Source: SAR202 cluster bacterium
GTDB taxonomy: Bacteria; Chloroflexota; Dehalococcoidia; Lucifugimonadales; UBA826
Direction of reading: 5' to 3'
DNA: 64,000 bases
Assembly: GCA_022447825.1 (NCBI GenBank)
Contig: JAKUTY010000001.1
Span: forward strand, 127,777-191,776
Of the stretch, positions 30,856 through 42,149 are shown one piece after another. The position numbers were made by a program, and so were the translations under genes. A model generated the notes under the pieces. The model was not told the DNA's origin. It did not search any database and saw only the letters and a program-made list of their open reading frames with translations. Positions within the stretch are counted from its first letter, which is position 1. Every line of letters begins with the position of its first letter.

Positions 30856-31407
30856 TTACTCGCTAGATTCTTCTAGAGTACGAGACTCATATTTCTTTTT
30901 TTCAACGAAAGCTTTTCTTCTTGCTACCTCTTCATCAGGATCTTTTAACATTTGAAGACCTTTCAAAGTAGCTTTTACAACGTTAGTAGGGTTTGTACTT
31001 CTTCTAACTTTGGTAACGACGTCCTTAACTCCAGCTAATTCTACAACTGCACGAACTGCCTCACCTGCAATTACTCCCGTGCCAGGAGGAGCGGGTTTTA
31101 ACATAACAATCGTTCCACCAAACTTGGCCTCAACATCATGCGCAATTGTGTCACCTTTAACTGGAACCTCAACCATGTTTTTCTGAGCATAAGTTGAACC
31201 TTTTTTAATAGCATCAGGAACAGCTGCAGCTTTACCCATACCAATCCCAACTTTTCCTTCACCGTCACCAACCACAACTGTGGCGCTAAATGTTAAATGT
31301 CGGCCACCTTTCACAACTTTTGAAACCCTATTAATTCTGACAGTTCGTTCAGAAATTCCTGAACTTTCTTCTGAATTAGGTCTACGATTATCTTCTTGTA
31401 CCATCAA
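30856..31407 (-). CDS. rpsE: 30S ribosomal protein S5
   Basis: 183 aa with INRVSKVVKGGRHLTFSATVVVGDGEGKVGIGMGKA. Confidence 0.95.
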   Translation of the reverse strand: MMVQEDNRRPNSEESSGISERTVRINRVSKVVKGGRHLTFSATVVVGDGEGKVGIGMGKAAAVPDAIKKGSTYAQKNMVEVPVKGDTIAHDVEAKFGGTIVMLKPAPPGTGVIAGEAVRAVVELAGVKDVVTKVRRSTNPTNVVKATLKGLQMLKDPDEEVARRKAFVEKKKYESRTLEESSE

Positions 31408-31430
31408 AATTCCTGTTAACTAATTTTATA

Positions 31431-31796
31431 TTAAAACTTTAATCCTTCTTCACGTACAGCCTCTGCAACTGCCTTAACTCTGCCATGATATTTATATCCC
31501 CCGCGGTCAAAAACAACCTGAGTGATTCCTTCATTCTTAGCTCTTTGTGCAATCATTTGACCAACACGCTTTGAAACTTCCAATTTTCCACTAACACTAC
31601 TTTCAGCTTGAATATCTTTTTCTAATGTAGAAGCTGAAGCTACAGTATGGCCTTTAGAATCATCAATTAATTGAGCATATATGTTATTAAGACTTCTATA
31701 TATGGCTAACCTTGGACGATCAGTAGTGCCTACCACTTTTTTTCTTATCCGCCCGTGACGAATTACTCTACGTACCTTTGAATTTAAAGTTGACAT
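31431..31796 (-). CDS. rplR: 50S ribosomal protein L18
   Basis: 121 aa with [20 protein letters not shown]. Confidence 0.95.
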   Translation of the reverse strand: MSTLNSKVRRVIRHGRIRKKVVGTTDRPRLAIYRSLNNIYAQLIDDSKGHTVASASTLEKDIQAESSVSGKLEVSKRVGQMIAQRAKNEGITQVVFDRGGYKYHGRVKAVAEAVREEGLKF

Positions 31797-31798
31797 AA

Positions 31799-32341
31799 TT
31801 AAGCTCTCCTTGCACTCTTACCAGGTTTGAGTCTTACAACTTCATCTGAGTATCTAATACCTTTCCCAGTGTAAACATTAGGGGGCCTAACTTTTCGGAT
31901 CTGGGCAGCAATTTGCCCAACAGCCTGCTTATCCACTCCAGAAATTTTAATTTTGTTATTTCCATCAACCTCCAAAGAAATTCCTTCTTCAGGATCAATA
32001 TCAACAGAATGACTCAACATAACATTGAGTGTAATTCCTTTACCTTTCTGCTGTACCCTATACCCAACACCTACTAAATCTAATTCTTTCTCAAAACCAT
32101 TGCTGACACCCTCAACCATATTTGCTAATAAGCTTCTAGTTAGCCCATGAAAAGCTTTATGATGATTCTCATCAGACGGTCGAGAAACTTTTAATAAATT
32201 TTCATCTTGTTCAATAATCATGTCCTCATTAAAAGTCCTACTCAAAGACCCTTTTGGCCCTTTTACAGTGACGGACTGCTGACTAATTGAAACTTCAACT
32301 CCAGATGGAACTGGAATAACTTGATTACCAATTCTAGACAT
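31799..32341 (-). CDS. rplF: 50S ribosomal protein L6
   Basis: [17 protein letters not shown]. The ORF-track TTG start at 32359 overlaps rpsH; ATG 32341 has an AGGAG SD 8 nt upstream. Confidence 0.94.
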   Translation of the reverse strand: MSRIGNQVIPVPSGVEVSISQQSVTVKGPKGSLSRTFNEDMIIEQDENLLKVSRPSDENHHKAFHGLTRSLLANMVEGVSNGFEKELDLVGVGYRVQQKGKGITLNVMLSHSVDIDPEEGISLEVDGNNKIKISGVDKQAVGQIAAQIRKVRPPNVYTGKGIRYSDEVVRLKPGKSARRA

Positions 32342-32352
32342 TATTATTACTC

Positions 32353-32754
32353 CTACCAAACATAAAAAAGTACCTCTCCACCAACTCCTTTACCTCTCGC
32401 ATTTGATCCTGTCATCACTCCCTGGTTAGTGGATAATACTGCCAAACCCCTCTGTCCATAAACATAAGGAATTTCATCTTTTGAAACATAAACCCGTAAG
32501 CCGGGCTTACTTACTCTTTTTAATCCATTAATAACAGGGTCATTTTTACCCCAATAATGTAAATTAATATCTATCGAGGCTTCGGGAGTTCCGTCATTTT
32601 TTAACTCAAATCCATCAACAAAACCTTCTTCATCTAAGATTTTGGCGATATCAATTTTAATTTTAGAAACAGGAACATTAACAGAATTCTTTCCGACCAT
32701 TAAGGCATTTCTAATTCTGGTTAACATATCTGCAATAGGGTCTGAAACTGACAT
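32353..32754 (-). CDS. rpsH: 30S ribosomal protein S8
   Basis: 133 aa, N-terminus MSVSDPIADMLTRIRNA. Confidence 0.95.
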   Translation of the reverse strand: MSVSDPIADMLTRIRNALMVGKNSVNVPVSKIKIDIAKILDEEGFVDGFELKNDGTPEASIDINLHYWGKNDPVINGLKRVSKPGLRVYVSKDEIPYVYGQRGLAVLSTNQGVMTGSNARGKGVGGEVLFYVW

Positions 32755-32763
32755 ATTACTTCC

Positions 32764-33069
32764 TTACCAACTAGCTTTTTTAACACCAGGTAATTGTCCC
32801 CTGTGTGCCATTTCTCTAAATGCAATTCTAGATAATCCAAAATGTCTAATATAACCATGAGGCCTTCCTGTTATCTGACATCTATTACGAATCCTAACAG
32901 GGTTAGCATTCCTAGGAATTTCTGAAAGAGCTCTACGTGCCTTTAATTTTTCATCAAAAGGTGCTTTAGAGTCGTTTATAATAGAAAAAAGTTCCTCTCT
33001 TTTAGCTGAGTATTTTTCTACTAATTTTCTTCTTTTTTCGTTCCTCTCGACTGATGATTTTTTTGCCAT
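32764..33069 (-). CDS. rpsN: 30S ribosomal protein S14 (long, Cys-free form)
   Basis: 101 aa, ends [12 protein letters not shown], with no CxxC pairs. Confidence 0.95.
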   Translation of the reverse strand: MAKKSSVERNEKRRKLVEKYSAKREELFSIINDSKAPFDEKLKARRALSEIPRNANPVRIRNRCQITGRPHGYIRHFGLSRIAFREMAHRGQLPGVKKASW

Positions 33070-33078
33070 TTTTTATCC

Positions 33079-33654
33079 TTAACTAGTTTTCACAAAAGGC
33101 ATACCTGCCAATTCTAATAATCGCATACCCTCTTGATCACTATTAGCAGTTGTTACAATTACAACTTGTAACCCTCTAATTTTGTCTATATTGTTATAAT
33201 CAATTTCAGGAAAAATAGTATGTTCACGTATTCCTATAGAACAATTTCCTCTTCCGTCAAAACACTCTCTTTCAATTCCCTGAAAGTCTCTAATCCTAGG
33301 CAAAGCAGCGTTTAATAACCTGTCTAAGAACTCATACATTCTTTTACCTCTTAGAGTCACTTTGGCTCCTATAGGCATACCCTCTCTCAACTTAAAACCA
33401 GCAATAGATTTTCTAGCTTTTGTAGTAACAGGTTTTTGACCTGTAATCAAACCAAGGTCTCCTGTAGCATTTTCTATAGCTTTTGAATTTTGTAAAGATT
33501 CGCCAAGACCCATATTTACAATTACTTTTGTAATCCGAGGGATTTCCATTGTCCCCTTATACCCAAATTCTTTTTTTAATTCAGGTGCAACTTCGTTGCG
33601 TAACTTCAAAAGAAGTCGAGGAACATTTAAATTTTCATTAATTTCAGTTGTCAT
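33079..33654 (-). CDS. rplE: 50S ribosomal protein L5
   Basis: 191 aa in the conserved spc-operon position, with MGLGE and FDGRGN segments. Confidence 0.95.
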   Translation of the reverse strand: MTTEINENLNVPRLLLKLRNEVAPELKKEFGYKGTMEIPRITKVIVNMGLGESLQNSKAIENATGDLGLITGQKPVTTKARKSIAGFKLREGMPIGAKVTLRGKRMYEFLDRLLNAALPRIRDFQGIERECFDGRGNCSIGIREHTIFPEIDYNNIDKIRGLQVVIVTTANSDQEGMRLLELAGMPFVKTS

Positions 33655-33965
33655 TCAATTACTTCCAAACAATCAGATTTTTTGCACATCCTAGCTCTAG
33701 TACCATCGGGTAATAAATGAGATTTGACTTTTACTGGCTCAGAACAATGAGCACATAGCAATTTCAAATTCGAAACATGAATAGGTAATTCTGTTTCAAT
33801 AATTCCACCAGCACGCATCCCTTGAGGTTTTGTATGTTTTTTAACTAAATTCACACCCTCTACAATAACGCGTGACTTATCAGGTAAGCATTCTTGGACA
33901 ACTCCTTGTTTACCTCTATCTCGCCCTCTCATTACCAATACAGTGTCATTTTTCTTAAGCTTCAT
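33651..33965 (-). CDS. rplX: 50S ribosomal protein L24 (with C-terminal Cys-pair ribbon)
   Basis: 104 aa. KOW motif ([10 protein letters not shown]) and CAHC...CKKSDC at the C-terminus. Confidence 0.95.
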   Translation of the reverse strand: MKLKKNDTVLVMRGRDRGKQGVVQECLPDKSRVIVEGVNLVKKHTKPQGMRAGGIIETELPIHVSNLKLLCAHCSEPVKVKSHLLPDGTRARMCKKSDCLEVIE

Positions 33966-33966
33966 A

Positions 33967-34335
33967 CTAAATCACCTCAGGAGCAAGAGAAACAATTCTC
34001 ATAAAATCTTTGTCTCTTAATTCTCTAGCTACAGGACCAAAAATTCTTGTGCCTCTAGGCATTCTGTCATCATTAATTACAACAGCAGCATTTTCATCAA
34101 ATTTAATATGAGATCCATCCTTTCTTCGATGAGCCTTAGAAGTTCGTACTACTACTGCTTTTACAACATCACCCTTTTTAACTGCAGCAGATGGAGCAGC
34201 TTCTTTTACTGAAGCAACAATCACATCGCCTAGCCAAGCATATTTTCTACCTGAACCCCCAGGGACTCCGATACAACTCAAAACTCTGGCTCCAGAATTA
34301 TCTGCAACTTTCAAACGTGTGTACTGCTGAATCAT
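33967..34335 (-). CDS. rplN: 50S ribosomal protein L14
   Basis: 122 aa, N-terminus [16 protein letters not shown]. Confidence 0.96.
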   Translation of the reverse strand: MIQQYTRLKVADNSGARVLSCIGVPGGSGRKYAWLGDVIVASVKEAAPSAAVKKGDVVKAVVVRTSKAHRRKDGSHIKFDENAAVVINDDRMPRGTRIFGPVARELRDKDFMRIVSLAPEVI

Positions 34336-34664
34336 GAAACACCTTCCAATTGGTTAGGATCATTTTCGTTAACGGAATCATCGTTAATCTCGTTTGGTTG
34401 AATATCAGCCAAATCGCCTTTTTGAATAATTTCTTGGACCTTCCAATTTTTGGTTTTAGATAATGGCCTTGTTTCAATAATTCTTACAACATCACCCAAT
34501 GAACATTGATTTGTTTCATCATGTGCCTTAAATCGACTCCATTTTCGAACATTCTTCTTATATATTCTGTGGGGTTGTCTCCATTCGACAGAAACTACAA
34601 TGGTTTTATCCATTGAATTACTTACTACTTTCCCAACTCTAATTTTTCGTCTATCGTGACTCAT
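34332..34664 (-). CDS. rpsQ: 30S ribosomal protein S17 (acidic C-terminal extension)
   Basis: 110 aa. S17 core ([17 protein letters not shown]) plus tail [25 protein letters not shown]. Confidence 0.94.
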   Translation of the reverse strand: MSHDRRKIRVGKVVSNSMDKTIVVSVEWRQPHRIYKKNVRKWSRFKAHDETNQCSLGDVVRIIETRPLSKTKNWKVQEIIQKGDLADIQPNEINDDSVNENDPNQLEGVS

Positions 34665-34867
34665 TAATAACTCTCTGCTATTTCTCTTTCTCTAATAACT
34701 GTTTTTATTTTTGCTATACGTTTTTTTGCTGATTTAATTTCATTGATATTGGTCATTTGCATAGTGGCTACTCTAAACCTCATATTCATCAATTCTTCCT
34801 GAATAGAATCTAGGTTTGACTGCAAATCGCTGTCACTCAATGCTCTTATTTCATCTATTTCTGCCAT
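34664..34867 (-). CDS. rpmC: 50S ribosomal protein L29
   Basis: 67 aa, lying between rplP and rpsQ. Confidence 0.93.
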   Translation of the reverse strand: MAEIDEIRALSDSDLQSNLDSIQEELMNMRFRVATMQMTNINEIKSAKKRIAKIKTVIREREIAESY

Positions 34868-34879
34868 AAAATTTCCTTT

Positions 34880-35299
34880 TTAAGATCCTATACCAGGTTT
34901 ACTTACAATCTTAGTTGCCATAGGCATCTTTGAAGCAGCTAAAGTAAGTGCATGCTTGGCCGTTTCCTCTGGAACACCGGCCATTTCAAATAAAATTTTC
35001 CCTGGCTTTACTACTGCTACCCAATGATCAGGAGCACCTTTACCTTTACCCATTCGAGTTTCTGCAGCTCGAGCAGTTACACTTTTGTCTGGGAAGACTC
35101 GAATCCACATTCTTCCACCTCTTCTAGCGTATCTAGTCATAGCACGACGAGCCGCTTCTATTTGACGAGAGGTCAACCAAGCTGCTTCAGTAGTTTTTAA
35201 ACCGTATTCACCGAAGTTTAAGGTGCTTCCTGCAACTGCTACACCCTTACGACGGCCACGATGATGACTTCGATATTTAGTTCTCTTAGGCTGTAACAT
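34880..35299 (-). CDS. rplP: 50S ribosomal protein L16
   Basis: 139 aa, N-terminus [16 protein letters not shown]. Confidence 0.96.
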   Translation of the reverse strand: MLQPKRTKYRSHHRGRRKGVAVAGSTLNFGEYGLKTTEAAWLTSRQIEAARRAMTRYARRGGRMWIRVFPDKSVTARAAETRMGKGKGAPDHWVAVVKPGKILFEMAGVPEETAKHALTLAASKMPMATKIVSKPGIGS

Positions 35300-35301
35300 G
35301 G

Positions 35302-36099
35302 TTATTCAGTGTCCTTATCTTGATTTGCTTCAACACTAATATTTTGATTTTGCTTATCATCTTGGGCAGTAACTACAACCTGAATAGTTGGAACCTCTGA
35401 ATCGTCTTCCTGATCAGCGTCAGAAATAATATCAGCTTCAACAGAAGTATCCCCAACCAATGTAGGGTTTAATATTTCGCCTCGGCAAATCCAAACTTTT
35501 ACACCAATCACTCCAAATTCAGTCTGAGCTTCAGCTAATCCATAATCAATGTCAGCTCGTAAAGTATGAAGGGGAACTCTCCCTTCCATAGCTTTTTCAG
35601 CTCTAGCAATATCTGCACCTGCTAAACGGCCAGAACAAAGAATTTTGATCCCTTCAGCTCCTGACTGCATAGTTCTAGTAATCGCTTGCCTCATGGCTCT
35701 TCTAAAAGCAATCCTTCTTTCGAGCTGATCTGCAACATTTCGTGCTACTAAATAAGCATCCAATTCAGAATCTCTGATCTCTTTAACATTCAATTTTGCA
35801 CGTCGAGTGCCAGTTAGTGTTTCTAATGTTTTTCTTAATTCATCAACTCTTTGACCGCCCCTACCTATCACGATTCCAGGTCGAGCAGTGTGAATTGTTA
35901 CAGAAACTTCTTCAGAATCTCGTTGAATATCAACTTTGGAAATTGCTGCATCTTGATAAAGAGAACTAATAACGTTACGAATATTAATGTCTTCATGAAC
36001 TAAAGAAGCATATTCTTCTTTTTTATGAGCAAACCAAGTAGCATGCCAGTCTCGAGTGATGCCTACCCTAAATCCGTTTGGATGAATTTTTTGTCCCAC
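35302..36099 (-). CDS. rpsC: 30S ribosomal protein S3 (long acidic C-terminal tail)
   Basis: 265 aa. N-terminus [18 protein letters not shown], with the final ~50 residues D/E/Q-rich. Confidence 0.95.
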   Translation of the reverse strand: MGQKIHPNGFRVGITRDWHATWFAHKKEEYASLVHEDINIRNVISSLYQDAAISKVDIQRDSEEVSVTIHTARPGIVIGRGGQRVDELRKTLETLTGTRRAKLNVKEIRDSELDAYLVARNVADQLERRIAFRRAMRQAITRTMQSGAEGIKILCSGRLAGADIARAEKAMEGRVPLHTLRADIDYGLAEAQTEFGVIGVKVWICRGEILNPTLVGDTSVEADIISDADQEDDSEVPTIQVVVTAQDDKQNQNISVEANQDKDTE

Positions 36100-36437
36100 T
36101 AAATACTCTCCTCTGCAACTACTACAGTTATATGACTACTTCTCTTTTGAATACGTCCTGCCCTTCCTCTTGCTTCAGCCCTAAATCTTTTTAACCTAGG
36201 ACCTTCATTTGCAAAAATCTCAGAAACAATTAAATCTTCTGAACGTACCATCAATTCATTTTCAGCATTAGAAACTGCAGACTTAACAGTTTTGGCAACT
36301 TTTTCTGCAGCAGGAGATTGCATGAATTGCAATTGTACTAATGCTTCATTTACGTTCATACCACGTACCAAATTAACAATAGGTTTTAATTTTTTGACTG
36401 AAATGCCTGTATTTTTACTTTGGGCTCTAATACTCAT
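36099..36437 (-). CDS. rplV: 50S ribosomal protein L22
   Basis: 112 aa in the conserved position between rpsS and rpsC. Confidence 0.95.
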   Translation of the reverse strand: MSIRAQSKNTGISVKKLKPIVNLVRGMNVNEALVQLQFMQSPAAEKVAKTVKSAVSNAENELMVRSEDLIVSEIFANEGPRLKRFRAEARGRAGRIQKRSSHITVVVAEESI

Positions 36438-36448
36438 TTTTATTCCCT

Positions 36449-36733
36449 TTAACCAACTCGAGAAATTCTTTCAGATTTAGAGGAATGACCTCGAAATGTT
36501 CTAGTAGGCGCAAATTCACCTAATTTATGACCAACCATATTTTCAGCAACAAATACCGGAACATGTCGTCGACCGTCATGCACCGCAATAGTTAACCCAA
36601 TCATATCGGGCATAATCATTGAAGATCGTGACCATGTCTTTATAACTTCACGACTATTTGAATTGACTACTCTTTCAACTTTTTTAGCCAATTTAGGATG
36701 AACGTATGGACCTTTTTTAATTGATCTCGACAT
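36449..36733 (-). CDS. rpsS: 30S ribosomal protein S19
   Basis: 94 aa, N-terminus [15 protein letters not shown]. Confidence 0.96.
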   Translation of the reverse strand: MSRSIKKGPYVHPKLAKKVERVVNSNSREVIKTWSRSSMIMPDMIGLTIAVHDGRRHVPVFVAENMVGHKLGEFAPTRTFRGHSSKSERISRVG

Positions 36734-36742
36734 TTTTTTCCC

Positions 36743-37576
36743 CTACTTGTTGTATCTTCTTCTAACAATAAATTTGTTAGAAGGTTTATTCTTCTTTCTA
36801 GTCCTCAATCCCAAAGCAGGCTTACCCCAAGGAGTTTTAGGACCTGGCATACCAATCGGAGATCGACCTTCACCACCACCATGCGGGTGGGCATTAGGAG
36901 CCATTGCAACTCCTCTAACTTCAGGCCTTCTACCCAAATGTCTCTTTCTACCAGCTTTTCCTAGTTTCACATTTTTCGTATCAACTGCACTCAACTGGCC
37001 AATAGTAGCCATACATGTACTTAAAATATTTCTCATTTCTCCAGATGGTAATCTCAATAAAGTATATTTACCTTCTTTAGCTAAAACCTGTGCAGAAGCT
37101 CCGGCACTTCTAACAATTTGGCCCCCACGCCCAACCTGTAATTCAATGTTATGAACTATAGTTCCAGATGGAATTTTTTCTAATGGCAGAGCATTACCAG
37201 GCCTAAAGTCAGCTCCATCTCCGGACATAACAGAGTCGTCAACTCTTAGTTGATTTGGGGCTAAAATATACCTCCAGTCACCATCAGCAAATTTTATTAA
37301 AGCAATTCTTGACGATCTATTGGGATCGTATTCAATGCTATGCACAGTTCCCGGAACGCCAAAATTATCTCTTTTGAAATCAATTACCCTAAACCTTCTC
37401 TTGTGACCACCACCTCTGTGTCGTACTGTAACTTTACCTTGTGAGTTACGGCCACCAGTTTTTTTAATTGGTTTCAGGAGAGATTTTTTTGGTTTACTAG
37501 AAGTAATATCATCTGTAGTTTGTAAAATTAACCCTCGTTGCCCTGGGGTTAAAGGCTTTCTACTTTTTAATGGCAT
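36743..37576 (-). CDS. rplB: 50S ribosomal protein L2
   Basis: [11 protein letters not shown] motif. The start is reassigned to ATG 37576 ([15 protein letters not shown]), 1 nt after the rplW stop. The ORF-track start at 37609 overlaps rplW. Confidence 0.95.
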   Translation of the reverse strand: MPLKSRKPLTPGQRGLILQTTDDITSSKPKKSLLKPIKKTGGRNSQGKVTVRHRGGGHKRRFRVIDFKRDNFGVPGTVHSIEYDPNRSSRIALIKFADGDWRYILAPNQLRVDDSVMSGDGADFRPGNALPLEKIPSGTIVHNIELQVGRGGQIVRSAGASAQVLAKEGKYTLLRLPSGEMRNILSTCMATIGQLSAVDTKNVKLGKAGRKRHLGRRPEVRGVAMAPNAHPHGGGEGRSPIGMPGPKTPWGKPALGLRTRKKNKPSNKFIVRRRYNK

Positions 37577-37577
37577 A

Positions 37578-37871
37578 CTAAACTCCCTCAAAAATAGTAA
37601 TTGAGTCACCTTGTGAAACAGTTACTATAGCTTTTTTCCAAGTTTTCTTTTGAGAAAATTTGGGTCCAAATCTTTTTCTTTTTCCTTGAACCGTCATAGT
37701 ATTCACTTTTGTTACTTTTACATTAAATGCATCTTGAACAGCTTCTTTAATTTCCAACTTCGTAGCTTGTGGGGAAACTTCAAAAGAATAGCGATTTTGT
37801 TCTTGCAACAAAGTAGATTTCTCCGTAACAAGAGGCCTTCTCAAAATAGTGAATTTATGCCCTTTACTCAT
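37578..37871 (-). CDS. rplW: 50S ribosomal protein L23
   Basis: 97 aa in the conserved position between rplD and rplB. Confidence 0.94.
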   Translation of the reverse strand: MSKGHKFTILRRPLVTEKSTLLQEQNRYSFEVSPQATKLEIKEAVQDAFNVKVTKVNTMTVQGKRKRFGPKFSQKKTWKKAIVTVSQGDSITIFEGV

Positions 37872-38625
37872 TAGAAATAATCTCCTCTACTGCAGATCGA
37901 ATTTCATCCATTTCAGAAACTGGATCATTAATTACTGCATCTACAGAATCAGAAACTAAATCATTATCTTCAATATCAGAAAATGAATTTTCTCCCTTAT
38001 AAACGCCACCCCAAATCTCTTCAACTTTACGTACTGCATCAATACTCATCACCACCCATTTTTTGTTCATAAGATCTAAAGCATTTAAAAGTTGTACAGG
38101 TAATGTTTTAACAGAATCTATATTCTGAGCTGATCTAACCAAATCAGAATTCACTCCATCAGTTACTAACAAAGAAGACTCATTAACTGAAAGAGACTCA
38201 AGCAAGTTAACCACAGATTTAGTTTTTGAATCTTGAATATCAAAATTATCTACCAACAAAAGATTTCCTTGACGGGCCTTATCAGATAAGACAGATAACA
38301 TAGCTAAACGTCGCATTTTTTTAGGAGTGTTTTTCCTAAAGCTTCTTGGTGATGGGCCAAAAGCTCTTCCTCCACCTACCCAAACAGGTGAACGAGTTGA
38401 ACCTTGCCTAGACCTTCCAGAACCTTTTTGCGGACGAGGCTTAGCACCACCTCCAGACACCTCAGATCGAGTTTTTGTTTTTACTGTTCCCTGTCTTTTA
38501 TTAGCTAAATAGCCAACAACTACTTGGTGAACCAAAGCAGTTTTAGCAGGAACACTAAAAACATCCTCACGAACGTCAATATCTCCAGCGCCTACACCTT
38601 TTATGTCTGTAACTTGTAATTTCAT
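37864..38625 (-). CDS. rplD: 50S ribosomal protein L4 (acidic C-terminal extension)
   Basis: 253 aa. L4 core (GGGAKPRPQKGSGRSRQGS) plus a ~45-aa D/E/S-rich tail. Confidence 0.94.
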   Translation of the reverse strand: MKLQVTDIKGVGAGDIDVREDVFSVPAKTALVHQVVVGYLANKRQGTVKTKTRSEVSGGGAKPRPQKGSGRSRQGSTRSPVWVGGGRAFGPSPRSFRKNTPKKMRRLAMLSVLSDKARQGNLLLVDNFDIQDSKTKSVVNLLESLSVNESSLLVTDGVNSDLVRSAQNIDSVKTLPVQLLNALDLMNKKWVVMSIDAVRKVEEIWGGVYKGENSFSDIEDNDLVSDSVDAVINDPVSEMDEIRSAVEEIISNE

Positions 38626-38631
38626 TTCTAC

Positions 38632-39255
38632 CTACGAACTCTTTTTAATCAATATTAAAGATTCATACCTACCGGGAACTGAACCTTTAACTAACAATCT
38701 GTTATTTTCAACATCTACATTTACAACTTTTAGATTCTTCACAGTGACTTTATCTCCACCCATTCGACCTGCCATCCTCATTCCTTTAATAACTCTTCCA
38801 GGTGTAGAACCTGCACCAATAGAACCAGGAGCCCTGTGCCTGTCTGACTGTCCATGAGTCTTAGGACCGCCCCTGAAGTTATACCTTTTCACTCCACCTT
38901 GAAAACCCTTACCTTTAGAAGTCCCTGTAACATGGACTTTTTCACCTTCCTCAAAAATGCTGACATCAAATTGATCTCCTAAAGAAATGTCAGAATAGTC
39001 ATCAGCCTTAAATTCTCTTAAGTATCTAAAAAATAAATCCCCAGATTTACTTAAATGACCTAGAGATGGTTTATTTACTTTTTTAATAGTTTCATAACCT
39101 AATTGAACACTTTGGTACCCATCAGTCTCATCATTTTTAATTTGAGTGACAACACATGGACCAACCTGAATAACTGTAACTGCTTCTGCAGTTCCATCTT
39201 CGTAGAAGTACTGAGTACCTCCCATAACTTTTCCTATTAATCCCTTAACTGACAC
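38632..39255 (-). CDS. rplC: 50S ribosomal protein L3
   Basis: 207 aa with GTSKGKGFQGGVKRYNF. Confidence 0.95.
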   Translation of the reverse strand: MSVKGLIGKVMGGTQYFYEDGTAEAVTVIQVGPCVVTQIKNDETDGYQSVQLGYETIKKVNKPSLGHLSKSGDLFFRYLREFKADDYSDISLGDQFDVSIFEEGEKVHVTGTSKGKGFQGGVKRYNFRGGPKTHGQSDRHRAPGSIGAGSTPGRVIKGMRMAGRMGGDKVTVKNLKVVNVDVENNRLLVKGSVPGRYESLILIKKSS

Positions 39256-39265
39256 AGTAAAACCT

Positions 39266-39580
39266 TTATAACTTGATTGAAATATCTACGCCCGCAGGCA
39301 TATCTAAATTTGTAAGAGAATCGATAGTTTTTGAGGTAGGACTATGTATGTCAATCAACCTATTATGAGTCCTAATCTCAAAATGCTCTCTAGAATCTTT
39401 ATCAATGTGAGGAGCTCGCAAAACACAAAATCTTTTAATAGCAGTAGGCAGCGGGACAGGGCCGGCAACTCTAGCTCCAGTTCGTTCAGCTGTCTGAACA
39501 ATTTGGCCGGCCGATTGATCAAGAATTCTATGATCGAATGCTTTTAATATTACTCTAATTTTTTGTGCGTTTTGAACCAT
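39266..39580 (-). CDS. rpsJ: 30S ribosomal protein S10
   Basis: 104 aa with [16 protein letters not shown]. Confidence 0.96.
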   Translation of the reverse strand: MVQNAQKIRVILKAFDHRILDQSAGQIVQTAERTGARVAGPVPLPTAIKRFCVLRAPHIDKDSREHFEIRTHNRLIDIHSPTSKTIDSLTNLDMPAGVDISIKL

Positions 39581-39595
39581 TTTTTTTCTCTTTAT

Positions 39596-41650
39596 TTATA
39601 CTGATTGAGACTCGACTACAGAATCAGGAGCTTCTAAATATTCTCCAAATTCCATAGAATATCCTGCTCTTCCTTGAGTTAAAGATCTAAGATCATCCGC
39701 ATACCCAAAGCTTTCAGCCAAAGGCAATGTAGCTTTTACTACTTGGGTGTCTCCCTGAGCCTCCCCCCCACTCATAATTGCTCTACGCCGTCCAAGATCT
39801 CCAATAATATCTCCCAAATAATCTTCAGGAGTAATCACTTCTAAATTCATTACGGGCTCTAAAACATAAGGCCCTGCCTTGTTTACACCATTCTTAGCAG
39901 CCATAGATCCTGCAATTTCAAATGAAACTTTAGAAGAATCCACATCGTGATAACTACCATCAACGAGTCTTACCAAAAGGTCAATTACAGGAAATCCAGA
40001 TTTAGGTCCAGTAGTTAATGACTTTCTTACGCCATCTTCAACAGAAGAAATAAACTCGGTAGGAATAGCTCCACCTTTTATTTGATTATCAAACATAACA
40101 CCCGAACCTTTTTCCAAAGGCTCCATTTCAATGATTACATGACCATATTGACCATGACCACCTGACTGACGTACAAATTTTCCTTCAGCCTCAGTATTTT
40201 TCCTAATTGTTTCCCTAAATGCCACTCTAGGTTTACCAACATTAGCTTCAACCGAAAATTCTCTCTTCATACGGTCTACCAAAATCTCTAAATGCAATTC
40301 ACCCATGCCTGACATTACAGTTTGACCAGTTTCTTCATCATACTTGATGGTAAAAGTAGGGTCTTCGTCAGACAGTTTCGAAAGAGCTTCACCTAATTTA
40401 TCTTGATCAACTCGAGATTTAGGCTCAACAGAAACAGAGACTACAGGATCAGGAAATTCTATTTTTTCCAATAAAATAGGATCATCTATTGAGCAAATTG
40501 TTTCGCCTGTAGAAGTATCTTTTAATCCTATTGCAGCAGCAATTTCACCAGCAAATACTTCCTCAACATCTTCACGTTGATCAGCGTGCATTTTTACAAT
40601 TCTTCCTAATCTTTCTCTATCTCCAGTTACAGTATTCAATACACTAGAGCCTGATTTAGCAGACCCTGAGTAAACTCTAAAATAAACCAATCTTCCTATA
40701 TAAGGATCTGTAACAGTTTTAAATGCAAGAGCCGAAAACGGTTCTTCATTGCTGGCAGACCTCAATAATGAATCATCAGACCCTGGTTTAGTTCCCTCAA
40801 CAGCAGGAACATCAAGTGGTGAGGGTAAATATGCACCAATAGCATCAAGCAAAGGTTGAACACATTTATTTTTTAGAGCTGTACCACACAAAACAGGAAC
40901 GACTTTATTATTAATTGTAGAAGTTCTAATAGATTTTTGTAGTTCTTCTATAGAAATTTCTTCCTCATTCAAAAACTTTTCTAAAATTTCATCATCTTGT
41001 TCTGCAAACTTTTCAATCATTTCACTTCGGCGCAATTCGAATTCTTCAGAAAACTCATCAGGAACTCCACCTTCAGTCATGTTGCCTTCTGCATCGAATG
41101 TAAATGATTTACCTTCTACTAAATCAATCACACCGTAAAATTGATCTTCGCTACCCATTGGAATTTGAATTGGAATAGGGTTGGCCTTCAAACGATCAAT
41201 AATTGTACCTATTGCCTTGTAATAATCACCACCAACTTTGTCCATTTTATTAATGAAACAAATTCTGGGTACACCGTATTTATTTGCTTGTCTCCATACA
41301 GTCTCAGATTGAGGCTGAACACCAGCTACTGAGTCAAAGACAACGACACCCCCATCAAGTACACGCAAACTTCTCTCAACTTCTGCAGTAAAATCAACGT
41401 GCCCAGGCGTATCTATAATATTCAAATCCCATTCTTTCCATGAAGTAGCAGTAGCAGCAGAAACTATAGTAATTCCTCTTTCTTTTTCTTGTTCCATCCA
41501 ATCTGTAGCAGTATTTCCATCGTCAACACTACCTAATTTATGAATTCTTCCAGAAAAATATAAAACCCTCTCAGAGACAGTAGTTTTTCCTGCATCAATA
41601 TGAGCAATAAAACCAATATTTCTTGTTTGTTTTAATGATGTCTTAGGCAT
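39596..41650 (-). CDS. fusA: Elongation factor G
   Basis: 684 aa with GTPase motifs AHIDAGKTT, DTPGHVDF and NKMD. Confidence 0.96.
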   Translation of the reverse strand: MPKTSLKQTRNIGFIAHIDAGKTTVSERVLYFSGRIHKLGSVDDGNTATDWMEQEKERGITIVSAATATSWKEWDLNIIDTPGHVDFTAEVERSLRVLDGGVVVFDSVAGVQPQSETVWRQANKYGVPRICFINKMDKVGGDYYKAIGTIIDRLKANPIPIQIPMGSEDQFYGVIDLVEGKSFTFDAEGNMTEGGVPDEFSEEFELRRSEMIEKFAEQDDEILEKFLNEEEISIEELQKSIRTSTINNKVVPVLCGTALKNKCVQPLLDAIGAYLPSPLDVPAVEGTKPGSDDSLLRSASNEEPFSALAFKTVTDPYIGRLVYFRVYSGSAKSGSSVLNTVTGDRERLGRIVKMHADQREDVEEVFAGEIAAAIGLKDTSTGETICSIDDPILLEKIEFPDPVVSVSVEPKSRVDQDKLGEALSKLSDEDPTFTIKYDEETGQTVMSGMGELHLEILVDRMKREFSVEANVGKPRVAFRETIRKNTEAEGKFVRQSGGHGQYGHVIIEMEPLEKGSGVMFDNQIKGGAIPTEFISSVEDGVRKSLTTGPKSGFPVIDLLVRLVDGSYHDVDSSKVSFEIAGSMAAKNGVNKAGPYVLEPVMNLEVITPEDYLGDIIGDLGRRRAIMSGGEAQGDTQVVKATLPLAESFGYADDLRSLTQGRAGYSMEFGEYLEAPDSVVESQSV

Positions 41651-41678
41651 TAATTACTTTTTCCTATTTTCTACTAAT

Positions 41679-42149
41679 CTACCAACGATAGTGCGCAAAA
41701 GCCCTATTGGCTTCTGCCATTCTAAATACTTCTTCTTTTCGCCTAACCGCAGCTCCTTGGTTTCTAGAAGCATCAAGAAGTTCTGCAGATAATTTTTCAG
41801 GCATACCTCTTCCAGTTCTAGCTCTTGCACCAGTTACTATCCATCTCATAGCTAAAGCTAAACGTCGTTCAGGTCTAACCTCAGAAGGAACTTGATAATT
41901 GGCTCCACCTACTCTTCGAGATCTAACTTCAATCATCGGAGTTGCATTCTTAATAGCTTGCTCAAAAACTTCAAAACCAGATCTACCACTTTCTTTTTCA
42001 GCCCTTTCTAAGGCTTCATAAACTATTCTTTGAGCAGTAGTTTTCTTTCCGTCCAACATTACATTATTGATAAACTTAGCTAAATCCACACTGTTATGTT
42101 GTGGATCTGGAAGGATTTTTCTTACTTCAGCTCTTCTTCGTCTAGCCAT
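41679..42149 (-). CDS. rpsG: 30S ribosomal protein S7
   Basis: 156 aa, starts [16 protein letters not shown] and ends AFAHYRW. Confidence 0.96.
   Translation of the reverse strand: MARRRRAEVRKILPDPQHNSVDLAKFINNVMLDGKKTTAQRIVYEALERAEKESGRSGFEVFEQAIKNATPMIEVRSRRVGGANYQVPSEVRPERRLALAMRWIVTGARARTGRGMPEKLSAELLDASRNQGAAVRRKEEVFRMAEANRAFAHYRW

Noticed and set aside
36747-37154. 135-aa + strand ORF antisense to rplB
   Set aside because: It lies entirely inside the strongly supported L2 gene on the opposite strand. The translation is low-complexity and P/L/F-rich with no motif. It is a typical shadow ORF.
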